A stretch of DNA of 64,000 nucleotides from Monocercomonoides exilis PA203. Lineage: Eukaryota > Protista > Preaxostyla. Each line of letters starts with the position of its first letter. Position 1 is the stretch's first letter. The stretch spans positions 1 through 64,000 of the forward strand of contig LSRY02000039.1 in the NCBI GenBank assembly GCA_001643675.2. Reading direction: 5' to 3'. Position numbers and translations under genes: made by a program. Positions 48,554-62,722 of the stretch are shown one piece after another. The notes under the pieces were generated by a model, which did not search any database, was not told the origin of the DNA, and saw nothing but the letters and a program-made list of their open reading frames with translations.

Positions 48554-49855
48554 TCAGTTTATAATTTTGATCAGCATTGGCAATGTGTGTTCAAGAACTT
48601 TTCCAACTGTTGCAGCAGCTTTATGGCTGACTTCCAGAATTTCTTCATGTGTTGGAGTGGCTTCCGGAGTGCACATATCTGTCACAACGCTCAAGCAAGC
48701 ACATCGAATACCGCTATAAAAATAATAATAATAATAATAATAAAATTGATATTAAATGATAGCCTTCAAATAAAAAACACATACGAATGACGTGCAACAA
48801 TCACTTCTGGAACTGTTGACATTCCCACAACTTGGGCGCCTGATATCTGCATCATTTTCTTTTCAGCATCTATCAAAATTCATTTATAAAATGAGCACAA
48901 AAAATTCAAATGAAAAGCTTGAATTCCATCGATCTATTTCAACCAAAAATATAATCTAAAAATAAATAAATCAAATAAATCACTTTTGCACATTCTCTCT
49001 CAATGCTTCAAAATCATTCATAGAATTAACTGAAAGCAACGAACAAGGAGCCTCCATTCTTTCCATACCGCTTTCATACGCAGGGCCAGCCATTCCAAAA
49101 TAAACTCCTTCCTTAAGCTTGACGCCAATATCCTCTGCTCCTTTTCGAATCATCTCTCTCATTTCTTTATCATAACAATTTGACATATCTGGAAATCTTG
49201 TTGAGAAAGGTGGAAACATATCAAGATTTGGACCAATGAGAGGATTTGATCCCATGAAATTAATATGATCGGTTATTAGTGAAATTTCTCCAAGATTCCA
49301 TCCAGGAACAAGGCAACTAAATTTTCATTTAAAACCAACATCAAAACAAAACAAAAATCAAACCCTGCTGCATTTGTAAAAACGATTCCTTTCACTCCCA
49401 ATTTTGCAAGGACTCGAACATAAAAAGTAATTTGCTGCATTGAATATCCTTCATAAAAATGGAAGCGTCCTTGCATGCAGAAAATTGGAACACCTCCAAG
49501 AGAAGCTAAAATAAGGTTTCCTAAGTGTCCTTCAACTGTGCATTTCAAAAAATTCGGAATTGTTGTGAAAGGAATTATCATTGGCGAAGGAGAAACATCC
49601 ATGTGATCTCCAATTTCTCCAAATCCACTTCCCAAAACAACAGCTAACATTTAAAGGCGCACAGAAATAAATTGTAAAGTTAAGAATGAAAAAAATTGTT
49701 CAATTAAAATTATATCGAACCAATTGAAGCCTTGAAATCTGGATTTTTCGATTTAATAAAACCTGCTGCTTCGATTACCTGTGCTTCGGTTGGAACTATT
49801 GATTTGAAATAAATGCGCAAAAAATGAAATTGAAAATGAAACCTTGGATCGACAT
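48554..49855 (-). CDS. PNP: Purine nucleoside phosphorylase (trimeric PNP/MTAP family), multi-exon
   Basis: Spliced reading MSIQVPTE..ASIAVVLGSGFG..EGHLGNL..MQGRFHFYEGY..TNAAG..DHINFMGSNPLIGPN..RFPDMS..GPAYES..VVGMSTVPEVIVARH..LSVVTDMC..THEEIL, with short GT-AG introns. Confidence 0.92.
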
Positions 49856-50029
49856 CTTCAACTTCAATATTATGTTATAATGGGTTATAATTATTTATTA
49901 ATATGATATCTTTTTCGCATTCCAAAACAGTAACTCACTTTTGCAACTTCTTTTTCGAAATATTCGAAATTATTAACCATAAGTGTAAAAATTTTTCAAT
50001 CAAAAATATTAATTATTGCTATTTTTGAA

Positions 50030-53000
50030 ATGGCAACTTCATTAAACGGACGCACAGACATTATTTCGCAAACAAAGACAAAGACTAGTAGTTTTAAAGA
50101 TACAATTGAGCAGTATGAAAATGCTCTTGCGAATATCAAAGCGTATGTTTTAATAATTATTGAATAAATAAGTAATTAATTCTTTTTTTGGAAACAGGAT
50201 ACTAAAAAATTCACCATCTTTTAATGAAGCAAAGATTGCAGAAAAAATGCATGATAAAAGGAATGAAAAAAAAGTGCAAAATACAGAAAAATGTTCTGGA
50301 TTAGATGATTTGAGCAAAAGCTCGCCACAAGAATCAAGTTACCAATGTGCACCTCAAAAAAAATATAATGAAATCGAAAATATTTCGGAATCATCCGATT
50401 CAATGCAAAATCTTACCAAAAACATAAGATTATCTCCCTCTTCATCACTTTCAACTTCATCCTCAAATGATTCTTTTATGCCTGTAACTTCATCTGCTTC
50501 AATAGCGCATGATGGTTACTTTAGCATTCGCGTTGAAAATCAACAAAAGTTAGACGACAACACAATTGAAAAGAATGTGAAAAGCATAAATGAAGAACAA
50601 TCAAAGTCTCCAGAACAGAACAACAGTTCTTTCGCTTACAAAGAAAATCAAGAAAGTAGCATGGAGTCGCATTCCTCCCTTTCAAGCTTGAAAAATCAAA
50701 CTTCTTCTCCAGTTTCTGCTCCGCCATTTTCTTTGAATGAACTACCGCCTCCTCCTTCCCCGCCTATTTTTCCTCCCTTCTTTCACCTTCCGCCTCCTCC
50801 GCCTCTTACAAGCAATTTGCAAAGCAAGGCAAGCCATCTGAATGCTTTGGATAATCGAGTTCGTTTCGACTTTTTATCATCTTCACCTATTTCTTCAGCA
50901 TCATCATCAGACACGTCTTCTCTTTCTTCATCTCCAACAACTTCTGCCAAGCAGGCCAAAGAAGAAACCGAACCAGAAACCGTAATAGAAAGCAAAACAG
51001 CTGAACCACTTTCTTCTTCAACTCAGACTGCAACTGAAAGTAGCTCTTCTTCTGTACCTCCTCCTTCATCCCCATTAGCTTTGGTGTCGAAGCCAATTGA
51101 ATTGCCCACAGCTTCGCAGACTGCCACACCCGAGCCCAAAAGAGAGATATCATCACAAGCAGCATTGCTAAGAGATGTTTCTCCTCCTCTCACCCACAAA
51201 ACAGAGCCTGTTTTCACAGAGCCCTTCGCAACCCCATCTTCTTCGTCTAATTCTTCTTATTCTTCTTATTCACTTCAATCAATTGATACGACTTCTGCTC
51301 AAATTCCTCCTTCTCTTTCTTTTCTTCCTCCTCCTCCGCCTCTTTCTGTTGATGCACTTCCAATCTCTCAGAAAGAAGAAGAGAAGATGTTCAATGCCCC
51401 ATCAGAACCACAACAACAAGCAAGCAAAATTTTTGAGTCAGAATCATCTCAAAATACTCAGCCATCTGAACTTGCAGTTATCTCGAACAAATTTTCTCAA
51501 ATTCAAATTCCTTTCTCTGCTTCTCCTTCTTCTGCTTCTTCTGCTTCTCCACTTTCTTCTTTCCCTTCTTCTTCTGTTTCTTCTTCACCTTCCTCCTCTT
51601 CCTCCTCTTCTTCTTCTTCTTCCATTTCAACTTCTCCTTCACATGTTCTTTCTGCTGTTCATCCTCTCATTTCATTTCCTCTTTCCACTTCCACACCATC
51701 TCCTGTTTTCACATCAAATTCATCAAATTCATCATCATCATCATCACCTTCTTCTTCTTCTTCTCTTTCTCCTTCTCAATCTTCTTCTTCTTCTAACACA
51801 CCTTCAACATTTCAAATTCCTCCTTATCTTCTCTCTCTACCCCTTTTACAACCTCAGATGTCTTCTTTTCTCTTCAACTCTTCTTCTTCTTCTTCTTCTT
51901 CTTCTTCTTCTTCTTCTTCTCAATCAAACTTGAAAGATGCCAAAGAAGACACAAAATTCGGGTTTTTTGAACAAGATCAATCACCTTCGCAAAGAATGAG
52001 AAGAAGAGAGGTTGAATTCAATGAAGAAAAAGATCACTTTTTTTCAGTGAGAAATGGAAATGTTGATGGGAAAACAGAAAGAGAAGGAGAAAGCAGCGAA
52101 GAGAAAGCGTTTGAACATGCAATAAACAAAGAATTTGGGCCAAGAGAAGGAAAAGAGATGTTTAATAATAATGTTGATACAAATAATAATGCTAATAAAA
52201 ACTATGGTCCCGTTTTAAGCAAACAAAATGCAAAAGAAGCTGATATTTTTGACACACGTTCGAGTTTTACTCGTCAAAAAGCAGATGAAAACATGGGAAA
52301 GTTCAATTTCCCATTGAAATTGACGAAATCTCCATTGCATTCTTCTTCTTCATATTCTTCTTCTTCTTTTGTGAATGACGAAGGGAAAGCGAAGAAATCC
52401 AAATCTCCTTCGAAGATGAAGATGAAAATGCCTTCGCCTTCTTTCTTCCGTTCCGTCTTTGAAAAGTTCCTTTCTTCCAACCCTTCTTTTTCTCCACCCT
52501 CTGCAAAATCAACAAGAACACCAGCTTCTTCATCTTCTTCTTCCATTTCTTCTCCTTCTTCTTCCTCCTCCTCCTCTCCTCACAAATCACTCCATCGTCA
52601 CTCTTCTCAGCCAAATTATATGCGTTCTTCTTCCACTTCTTCTTCCATGCGCTCTTCTGACAAGCGTAATTCTCCGTCCCCTAAGAAAAACAATACAAAG
52701 TTTCGTTCTATTTCTCCGTTTTCTCCTTCGCCGATTCGAAGGCCTCAGCACAAATCACCAAAAAAGCCTTCAATCAGACAATTGGCACTCAAAAATGGAG
52801 TTGATATCTCACCTCAGAAATATCAATCACCTTCTCATTCAAGATCATCATCATCATCTTCTTCTTCTTCTTCTCTTCCTTCTCCTTCATCTTCCTCTTC
52901 TTTCACATCATCAGACTCAAAAGCTCAGACATCCACTCGTTCATTTGGTGCAGTTCCTTCTTCTTCTCTTTCTCCTTCTTCTTCTTCTCCATCAGCGTTC

Positions 53001-56000
53001 TCATCCTCCACCCCATCTGCTCAGGCTGATCCTTCATTCCGAAGCCAATCAGCAAGAGAAATGATTCATTCACAAATGAATAATAACAATAATAACCAAC
53101 AACAGTTTCTGATGATGCAGCAATATCAAAAACAACAGCAGCAGCATTCATTCAGACAGTCTCTCGAACCGCCAAGCTATCAGCAGAGCACGAAGATGTC
53201 GATGTTCAGCCAGAACAGACCCTTCCATTCATTGTCTGCTTCTTCTTCGCCTTCTTCTTCTTCTTCTTTTCCTTCTTCTTCCATTCCATCTTCACTGAAA
53301 CCCGACATCAATCTTCGCAAATCCGAAGAGCAGCCTTTGATTCGTTCTTCTCATCCTTCTCGTCTTGTCACTCCTCCTCCTCTTCAGTCCTCTCCCTTTC
53401 AAAGACGCCCTCCTCAACTCACTCAGCCTTATGCTGCGCTGAATGAAAGGCCGCAATTCGATGCTGATGTTAGAAATAGCACAGAAAGGATTGCTGATAG
53501 AAGTTCATTTTCAATGACGAAAGAAGACAAGCCAATAAATGGAACACATTTATCTTCATCCACGTCATCTTCACATTCATCGTCACTGTTTCCTTCTTCA
53601 TCTTCTTCTTCTTCTTCTGTCATTCCTACTTCTTCAACACCTCTTCCTCGTCCTCTTTCTTCTTCATCTTCCTCCTCCTCCTCCTCTTCCTCTTCCTCTT
53701 CCTCTCTTCTCCGCCGCCCACCGCGCCAAGAAGAAAGCCCGATGTTCCCAACCCATCCGACTCTGTTCAGTTCGATTCCTTCTTCTCTCCGCTCTTCCAC
53801 ATCTTCTGTTTCAAGCAACATCACATCATCTCAGCAATTGCCTGAGCAGTCTCGTATTCATTCATTGGATTCTCGACAAAACGAATCAGTTTCTTCTTTC
53901 GCTGCACATTCATCCAATTCCTCTCGTTCTTCATCTTCTTCCTCCTCCTCTTCTTCTTCTTCTTCTTCTTCTTCGAATACTTTTCATTCAACTTCGAAAC
54001 TCTCTCCTTCCTTTTCAGCTTCAGACTCAATTTCTTCAATGAATGACAAACACACTCAACCACATCAACCTTTTAATGAAACAGACAAACAGAACAACTT
54101 TTCTGTTGCAGATCAACAATCAGCAAGAAATCATAACCCTTCTCAATGTTCTGAACAAATGTCTTTCCAATCTTCTTCAAACGATGCTATGCGCACTGCC
54201 CCTAACTCGTCCTCATCAAATTATTTATCTACCTCTTCCTCTTCCTCCACAATTCCTCCTTCTTCTTATCCAATTCAGCCCTCAAATCAATCAAAACCAA
54301 TTTTCCCAGAACAAATAAACCCCTCTCTCTCTTCAGAAAAGCCATATCAGCAGTCCTTTCCCGATCAAACAGAAACCTCTCCTCAACACACCAAGCAGCC
54401 TTCCCAGCGCAAATACCCAGCCATTCCTCTTCTCAACTTGAATCACGAACTCATCGCCCGCTCCCACCAGGCGCCAGTCACCATGTCACTCAACATCTCC
54501 CAAAATCCAGCTTTGTCTGCTTCAACTCCTTCGCATTCATTCACTTCTTCTTCCTCTTCCTCTTCCTCTTCCTCTTCCTCTTCCTCTTCCTCTTCCTCTT
54601 CTTCCACACCTTCGCATGGATCATCAGCTTCTTCCTCTCCGCATCGCTCAGTTTCTCCTTCTTCCCCTAACAACTCGTCCTTTTTATCAAATTCTTCCTT
54701 CGCTTCGTCCTTTTCCTATCAGCCAGACAACATTCAGCAGGAATCTTCTTCATTAAACACACCAACTCACAAAATTTCCTTGTTGAATGCTTCAATCTCT
54801 GAGCCCCCGCTTTATCACTCCACTCCTCAAAGTCGATCAACTTCTTCCTCCTCCTCCTCTTCTTCTTCTTCTCTTTCTACACCAGAGCATAAACCGTATC
54901 GCTACTCACATCCAGATGAAGGTGATTACATTTCATCATCTTCTTCTTCTCCTCAAGCAGCGGAATCTTCAATTCAGTCATCTTCAGTATCATCATCTCA
55001 TTTTCCTTCCTCTCATCAAATTTCTCCAATTGATGGATTCTCTTCTTCTTCCTCCTCCTCCTCTTCTTCTCATGCACTTCATCCACTTCGTCATCATCTC
55101 TCCCCTGAAATCCTTCGCACTTCAATCGAAGATTCGCCTCCACACCGATCAATCTTAACTCGCCCTTCCAACTCTTCTGCTTCATCATCGTCATCATCAT
55201 CTTCTTCTTCTTCTTCCTCATCTGTCCCTTCCCCTTCAGTTCCTGAATCAACTCTTTCTTCTCTGACATACCACTCAAATCAGGTGAACTCGATAGAATT
55301 TGAGCCAAACTCCTTTTCGTCCTCACCCGTCACTGCTTCCTCAAAGTTCCCCATTGCTTCGTCCACTCTCAGCTCAAATAGCGTCAACCCCAGCCAATCT
55401 CCCTTCCTCCGTGCATCTCCTCTTTCGCAGTCTCAAAACAAAGCACACTTTTCTTCTCCGCTGACCAACACAAACGGTTTGTCTTCTTCTCTTTCCTCGA
55501 CACAGTCAACACATCCGCTCAGCACCACATCGACCTTTCTTTCGATCCATTCTCCTCTCCAAAACACCACAAACAGCCTCCACTCGCCTCTGAACCAGGT
55601 GCGCTATGCCTCTCCGCGCCCTGTGCGCAAGTCATCGCTAAACACGTCCTCTTCTCTTTCTTCTCCACAAGAATCAGATTCTTCTCTTTCTCCACGCTCT
55701 TCCCTTTCTCCCCGCTCTTCTCGCTCTTCCAGCTCTTCGATGTATTTTGCGAAGGAAGAGGCTCATCAGGATGTCACCTCGTTCAGCCCGCAGCACATGC
55801 AAGTATCGACTCCTGTGTCTCTGCCTTCCTACCCGACAACGCTGACCCGCGCTGACTTGGTGCGCTTGGGGCTCGGCTCAGAGATCGAGCACATCCAACG
55901 GCAGCAGCAGGAGCAAAACAGAGAAGAGAAGGAGATTGTGGAGGTAAGCTTTATACACCCTGAAACAGGGAAGAGGATGGTGCTGAGGAAGAAAAGGAAA

Positions 56001-56027
56001 AGAGGGAAAAAGAATGAAGCCAAGTAG
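50030..56027 (+). CDS. Large Ser/Pro-rich low-complexity (probably disordered) protein, unknown function; intron 50143-50197
   Basis: 1926-aa ORF. An upstream ATG exon 50030-50142 splices in frame via gtatgt...aaacag. Basic C-terminus RKKRKRGKK. Confidence 0.75.
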
Positions 56028-56401
56028 ATTTTGAAAATTGTAAATGGAACAGAAATATTACTCTCTGTGTTGCATCTTTTTTGGTGTCTGACATTTATTC
56101 ATTTATTCAAAAATTGGATTTTCAGTTGAAATGTATTATTTTTCGCAAATCCTTTTTATTTCGTATTATTTTTTTTTTTAAATTAAGAGTTAATAAGAAG
56201 ATCAATTCATTCTATTGCATTAGCATTCAATGTTCTGAAGGAAAAATCGAGAAAATGAAGGAGCAACTCTCAAATACAACAATAAACGGAAAAGTATTGG
56301 GGAAAGGACAATAGCATGAACTATTGAACTCTTTTAGCCATTGAACAAATGAGAAAATTGATAATATAATCAGAAATATTTCAGAATGAAAAGTAATTTG
56401 T

Positions 56402-57058
56402 TCATCCTGCAGTTGTTCTCTTCAATTTTGATGCATTACTGACAGTTTTAGCGCGTGACGTCTTTTTCTCATTTGAAAAATCGGGTTCAGGAACAACATC
56501 TTTAAAATTTTTTTTGTAATTTAATTAATTACTAACAAAAAATAGTTGCAAACGTATAAGAAAATCGTACTCTGGGTTTGCATAAACAACATTACCTGTT
56601 AGAATTTTTTATTAAAAAAAAAAAATTAATTTATTTTTCTAAAAAATAAAAATAAAAAATTCAATACCGATATCCTTGGGTTGTATTATTCTTCTCCCAT
56701 CAGCTTTGCATGACTCCAATGCTTCCCTTGTTGTGTACTCCAAAAATTTCTCCTTTTTGAAAATCAAAGCCAAGTTTTAAATCGATTTAACAGTTTATCA
56801 TCAAACCGTAATTTTTCCAACAAGTGCAATTGCACTTTTCTGAACAAGCTTTACATCAGGATTTTGCTTCATAAGCCTTCGAATAAGTGCTTGAGCAAAT
56901 TGAATTGGCTAAACAATAATTTATTAATTTGGGGTTGTAATATTCGTTCATTCCATTAAAATCAGAAGGTAATACAAATAAACCTTTTGAGAAGCTTGTT
57001 GTTCTTCTTGTTCTTCGTTTGAGACTTCAATTTTTTCTTGCTGTTGAATATCCTCCAT
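56402..57058 (-). CDS. Histone-fold protein, NF-YC/Dpb3/CHRAC1-like, multi-exon (absent from the ORF track)
   Basis: Spliced: MEDIQQQEK..PIQFAQALIRRLMKQNPDVKLVQKSAIALVGKIT-EKFLEYTTREALESCKADGRRIIQPKDI-GNVVYANPEYDFLIHVVPEP..., matching the H2A-like histone-fold consensus (IKRLMKxDPDV, RKTIQxxDI, DFLxDIVP). Confidence 0.78.
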
Positions 57059-57283
57059 TTCTTGTTTTTCAAATAGTTAATAAATTAAAAAATGGTTGTA
57101 TCCATGTTTTCCAAGACTCAAAACGATAAAGAATGTATAAGTGTGTTTTTTGTTAAAGAAACAAATTCAAAGAGGTTCTTCATCTCTCAACAAATTCACA
57201 TTGCAATCTTATGGTTTTTGTAGATCGTGGATATCAATTTACTTTTCCGTGAAGCTTCTATTGTGAAAGTTTCAATTGAGTAG

Positions 57284-58290
57284 ATGTCTTCAACGCTATA
57301 CATAGGAAACCTTTCGAAGGATACAAGCGCAGAGACAATTGGGAAGTTATTTGAACAAGTTGGGATTGTGTTTGCATATTTTTTTTTCACTTTTAAAAAT
57401 ACAAAGTTATTTCATGTTTTGAAACAAATTATTTATATTTCGAAACTTTTGCTTTTAGGAAGAAAGCTTCAATCGCTATGAATGGTACTGTTTCAAGAGG
57501 ATATGGATATATAACAATGGAAGATCATGAAAAAGCAAAAGAAGCTTTTGAGAAATTTTCAGGGGCGGAAGTTGATGGAAGAGAAATAGTAGTGGAATTC
57601 TATACAGAAGAACAAGAGCAACAAGAAGCAGAGAAGAAAGAAGACAGTAGCTCTACTCAACCGTTTACTGCTCGTTATACGCCAAGAGGTCCGTTTGGTC
57701 TTCCAAGAAGAGGCGGACCGCGTCGTGGTGGCAGGGGCTATGGATGGCCACGAAGAGACAGAAGTTACGGAAAGGATAGTTCAGAATATCAAGGAGAAGC
57801 TGGCGAAGGAGAATCAAAGAAAGATTCTGAAACAAAAGTTCCTTCAAAAACAGTTGCGTATATTCACAACCTTCCTCTAAAAATGACACGTGAAGGGCTA
57901 TCGTATGTATTGAGGGAATACAGAATTAAAGATATATATCTTCCACCACAAAGAGGCGATGTGTTTTTGAATGCTGGACATGGTTTTATTGAAATGGTGG
58001 ATGAGGAAGAGCTGGATAAAATGCTTCGAGAAAGACCGAGTGTTTCGATTAAAGGAAGTGAATGCCATATGCGTCGTGCAGTCGATCCACCTAATGATGA
58101 AGAGAAGAGAAGAGAACGTCAAAGGCTGTTGAGCAGTGTTAAGAAGCGAAGAGACGACAAAAGAAGGGGAAGGGGAAGAGACGATGACGATGACGACGAT
58201 GACTATGACGACGCAGGAATCGAAGATTATGGAGTGCACTATGGCGGAGGTTATGGAGTACCTATGCCTGTATATGTGGTTTATCATTAG
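57284..58290 (+). CDS. RNA-binding protein with two RRM domains and an RGG linker (intron near 57360-57460)
   Basis: RNP2 LYIGNL and RNP1 RGYGYITM; second RRM AYIHNL and AGHGFIEM; RRGGPRRGGRG linker. Confidence 0.85.
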
Positions 58291-59191
58291 ACTGAAGAAG
58301 CGATACTTCTTGGATGAAGCTTTCTCATTTAAAAGAATGGAGAATTTGGAAGAATAGCAAAATTGTCAAACATTTTATTATCCTTCAAGCTTGAAAATTT
58401 TACAAACTACACATTTTTTAATGTTTTTTTTTATGGTACAATTATTAGTGGGAAGATTATTATTTTTTTGGAAAATGTCAGTTGCATGATAGAAAGAATG
58501 GGAGAAAGAAACATTTTGAAATGTGGATTTTGTTTTCTTTATTGTTAGTTTCATTTTACTTACACCGCCTTTGTTGCGTTGAAAAAAATCATTTCACCCT
58601 TTCACTGCTTTTTTGAATTGAATGGATGGCATTTTCTCGAAAGGTAGTTTCAAATATTATGTCTTTTTTACAAGTTTTCAACGCAGTTCATTTCAACTTA
58701 GATAATTTTTCTCAAAAAAAGAAAATAAATAAATAAAAATTTTATTTTTTAAAAGAAATTCATATCGAATTTGCTGGGGAAAAGTTTTTTATTTAAAAAG
58801 CTCAATCAAAACGAAGTTAAAAATGTTAAAAATGAAATTGTAAACAATAATTTGGTAAAAAAAAAAGGAAAGAGAATGATCCTCAATAAGAATAAAATAA
58901 ACTTGACAGTCTAAATTTCAAAGGCGAAAAACAATGAACTTTCACAACTTTGCTTAAACATGCTTTAAGGATAATCCAATTTGACAAACAGACTCTTAAA
59001 AAGGAACCGTAAAACACGAAAGAATTAAAATCGCACCATGAAAAAAATTCATCACAATCACAAATCTTCCATTTGATTTCGCAACATTTTAAAAGTCAAC
59101 AAAAATAAATCAAATAAGAAAAAAATTAAAAAAAAATCTGAAAAAACATTCCAAATTTTTAAAAAAAATGTTCATGCCAAATGAGCATCTT

Positions 59192-61312
59192 CTATTTAAT
59201 TGAGTCCAGTGCCTGTCTCAGATTCAGCATATCAGCATCGTCTATTCCTGTATCGTTCTTCCACTTCTGTGCCACTTCGAGTATTCTTTCCTTCTTCTCT
59301 GCAAAATGAGCCAAAATGACATCTGCAAATTCTGTCTGGTTGGCCTGCGCTTTGTGGATTTGATCGACAATGGCCAATCTGATTGTGTGCTGAAACATTC
59401 ACATTGAGAAACAAATAAGAATTATTCGATTTTTTTAAAAAAAAGAAGAAAACAGAAAGGAAAACGCTCATTCTCAATTCATCAGGTTAGTCTTTTTTGT
59501 ATAGGAGAAACAATACTAATATAGATTTTTATCTAAGTTTCTTTAATTTTCTAATATCCCTCCATAAAATTCCCCATACCTTCCTGACTTCTCTATTGTA
59601 GTTCTTGCTGCTCACTTTCCCTCTCTCGTCATTCATATGCGTCTCATATCCCGGCTCATTGTAGTACGGCTCCTCAACCAGAATCAGCGCCTGGATCGAC
59701 ACAAGCACCTGCAGCAGCGTCGAATGCGTCGGATTCCACGACTCCCCCGCGTCTCCCGACCACGTCCCCAGCAGCGACAGGCAGACTTTGCCGTTCGCAT
59801 ACAAATTGGGATTGAACCGGAAGCTGCCCCCGCCCGTCGTGACGATGAGGACAGACGGAGGAGAGTTGGGGTAGTTCTGAGGATACATTCTGTGTGTTAA
59901 TAGAGGCATGTTTCATGATTAGGTTAGCATTCATATTTGGAATAAGAATATTAACAAAAGATTAATAATAATAATCATAAATATTGAATGTAATGTAAGT
60001 TTGCACACATATCAAATTCAAACAGCCCGCCTTCATACGGCGTGTCCTTCGGACCGCTGATGAGCGCCTTCACAAGCTGCGAGGAGGCTGGATCTGCTGC
60101 CACAAACACAGACGAATCGAGTGAAAGCGGCAGAGAAGTGGTGAGTGTGGACAGCTCATTGAGAATCCGCCTCATGTTCGGATGCGTCTTCTGCTGCAGA
60201 AGCTGAGCAGAGAAGCAATGGCGCTGCCGGAAAAGCGCTGAGTCTTCAGACATCTTAAATTGCAGAGGCTTAAGGCGGGTTTTATAGTGCTCCTCGGCTG
60301 AAGAAGACGAAGATGAAGATGAAGATGACGAAGAAGATGGAGCAGGATTTTCATCTTTGGCACTCGACTCTTCGCTTTCTTTCTTCTTTCCTTCTTCTTT
60401 TTCTTTTTCTTTCAACATTTTCTCTTCATTTTCTTTTTCCTCCTTTTTGGCTTCAACAAGTTTCCATAGAACGCAAATGCTGTTTGCCAACAGTTCTCCA
60501 TAATCCGTTCCTTCTTCCTTCACTTGCACTGGTTGTGCGTTTCTGTGGTAATAAGGGTGGTATCCGATGACAAGCTCCGGAGAGATTTTTGGAGCTGGTA
60601 AATTAACTGGAGCAATTGGATGCTTTTTGCTCTCTTTCGCTGCATTTGACAATTTCAAGTAATTGTCTGCTGCGACATGAAGCTTTTGGAGGCGAAGGTA
60701 AAGAGACGTATCATCTTTTTTCTCATGCTGGAAGAATAACTTGCTCAGATATTTGTCCGTGCAAAAAAAGTATAATATTTCAATTGCAGGTAAAAATACT
60801 TGCGAAGAACGATTCATCGAAATGAAAGAATCATCGGCAAATAGCTCGCATAAGATGTAAACAAGTTTTGAATTTCCAATAACGTCTGACATTTGTTCAT
60901 AAAGTTCATTTGGAGCTTCAAGTAAATATGCGTAAAGTTCGTTCAATGCTTCGAATTTGTCCTGACGGGCTTTTTCTTCCTTTTTTGTTTGCTCATCCAT
61001 TGCACTGAAATCTCCGTGCTGATTGAGCGCGTTTGAACCATACCCAGTTCCTTTACAAAAATGATTTCTTTGAAATATTAAAAATAAAGATAATTCTACC
61101 TTTTGACCAAAAAGTTTCTTTTCAGAGTTACACCAAAATAAATTTTATATCATTTGTATAAAATAATATGAAATCAAACTCGATGGTGCAGGTGCCTTTG
61201 GCTTTGCTTTCAAAGCATTAGTTGGCTTGTCACCTTCTTCTGGAAGGAAAACAGGCCTAATTATTCCTTCTAAAATAACCCCAAGCCCATTTATATCATG
61301 AGCATCTGTCAT
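59192..61312 (-). CDS. Ubiquitin-conjugating enzyme of the BIRC6/UBE2Z-like class, multi-exon
   Basis: W-KGTGYG; ISGPKDTPYEGGLFEFD; YPNSPPSV..TTGGGSFRFNPNLYANGKVCLSLLGTWSG (catalytic Cys); STLLQVLVSIQ; EPYYNEPG. Start approximate. Confidence 0.9.
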
Positions 61313-62722
61313 TTTTGTAAATATTCTATATTTGGATGAAAAATTGTATTGAAAAATCCCCAATAAATATCCCATAACATAAATTCAAAATTCAGTTTTA
61401 GATTTGGTTCATTATCAAAAGATTCACATAGTATTTTCTTTTCTTTTGTGTGTTCTTGTTTATTAGTAAGTTATTCTTTTCCCTTGAAGTCGCTCAATTA
61501 TTATTTATTTTTGAATTTTTAGAAGAAGAAACAACATAACTTTTTTGATGAAAAAACTTTTATTTTCATTTTTGCATGCAAATTCCAAAAATTAATGAAT
61601 ACAAAAGATTGAGTTGAATGAAACAAATACTTTAATAATCATATTTAGAATTGAAGCGATGTGAGAAATCCAAGAAAAACACGTCAAAATAGAAAGGATA
61701 ACAAAATATTCGATAATTCATTTGTAGAAAAGCACAAGATAACAAGAATAGTGGAACACATAAAAACAAAGCAATACAACAAGATAGCACATAAAAGCTG
61801 TATTACTTCATCTTTTACACAATAAAAAAAAAGAAGAAGGAAAATATTGGGATATGAATCAGAATAGAAAGATAATAAAATGAAAAAAAAAAAATGAAAA
61901 AAATTGAAAAATAAACAAATAAAAACAAAGAACATAAATATCCAATCAGAATGAATGATGCACAATGCAACAGCAGATTCGATTGGATTACAAATGCTAC
62001 AAGCAGATGGGGGGCACAGGCACACAACGAGATAGAGAGATATAAAAAGACTGAGAAAGAATAACAAATTGGAAAATTAAAAAAATAAAAGAAAAGAAAA
62101 GAAAAGAAAAGAAAAGACAAAGAAAGAAAGAAATTAAATAAATAAATAGATAAAGTGGCAGAAGAAAGAATTCAGGAAGCGTCATATAAAACAAAAACGA
62201 AAGAAAGAGCGAAAAGGAATAAATGCAAGATAAGAAAGCTGAATGCTTAGATGTCTCATAAGCTAGTCTTTTTTATTTTCTTTGCCATGTCATTCCGTGT
62301 CTTTCCAGACATTTTTTGCTGGCAAAGTTAAAAAAATACCAGCAACATTATCACATTCATTAACTCTCCTTTTCTCTTTAATAGCTAATTATTCCTTCGC
62401 TCTTTCTCTCCGGAGCATTTCTAAGTTCACTCCGATGCAACCCAAAACTGTTCCATTGGAAATTGAACAAAATTATAACAGCCGTGTTTTCATAATGATT
62501 TGTCAATAAACATTTTTGTTTATCTACATTTTCTTTTCTTTTCTCTTTTAGTTTAATTTCTTTTATTCCTGTTATAATTCTGTTCAGATAGCTCTACTCA
62601 AATCACAAAAGATATTCAACCGATTTTATTCATCCTCCTCTTCTTCTTCTTCTTCACTCTCTCTTCAATTTGCCTTTTTCTTCTCTCCTCCATCATCTTC
62701 TTCACCTCCCTTCCTTCCCTCT

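Noticed and set aside
61684-62194. Phe/Leu-rich minus-strand ORFs resembling membrane proteins
   Set aside because: They arise from A-rich intergenic/3' UTR sequence, with overlapping frames equally hydrophobic.
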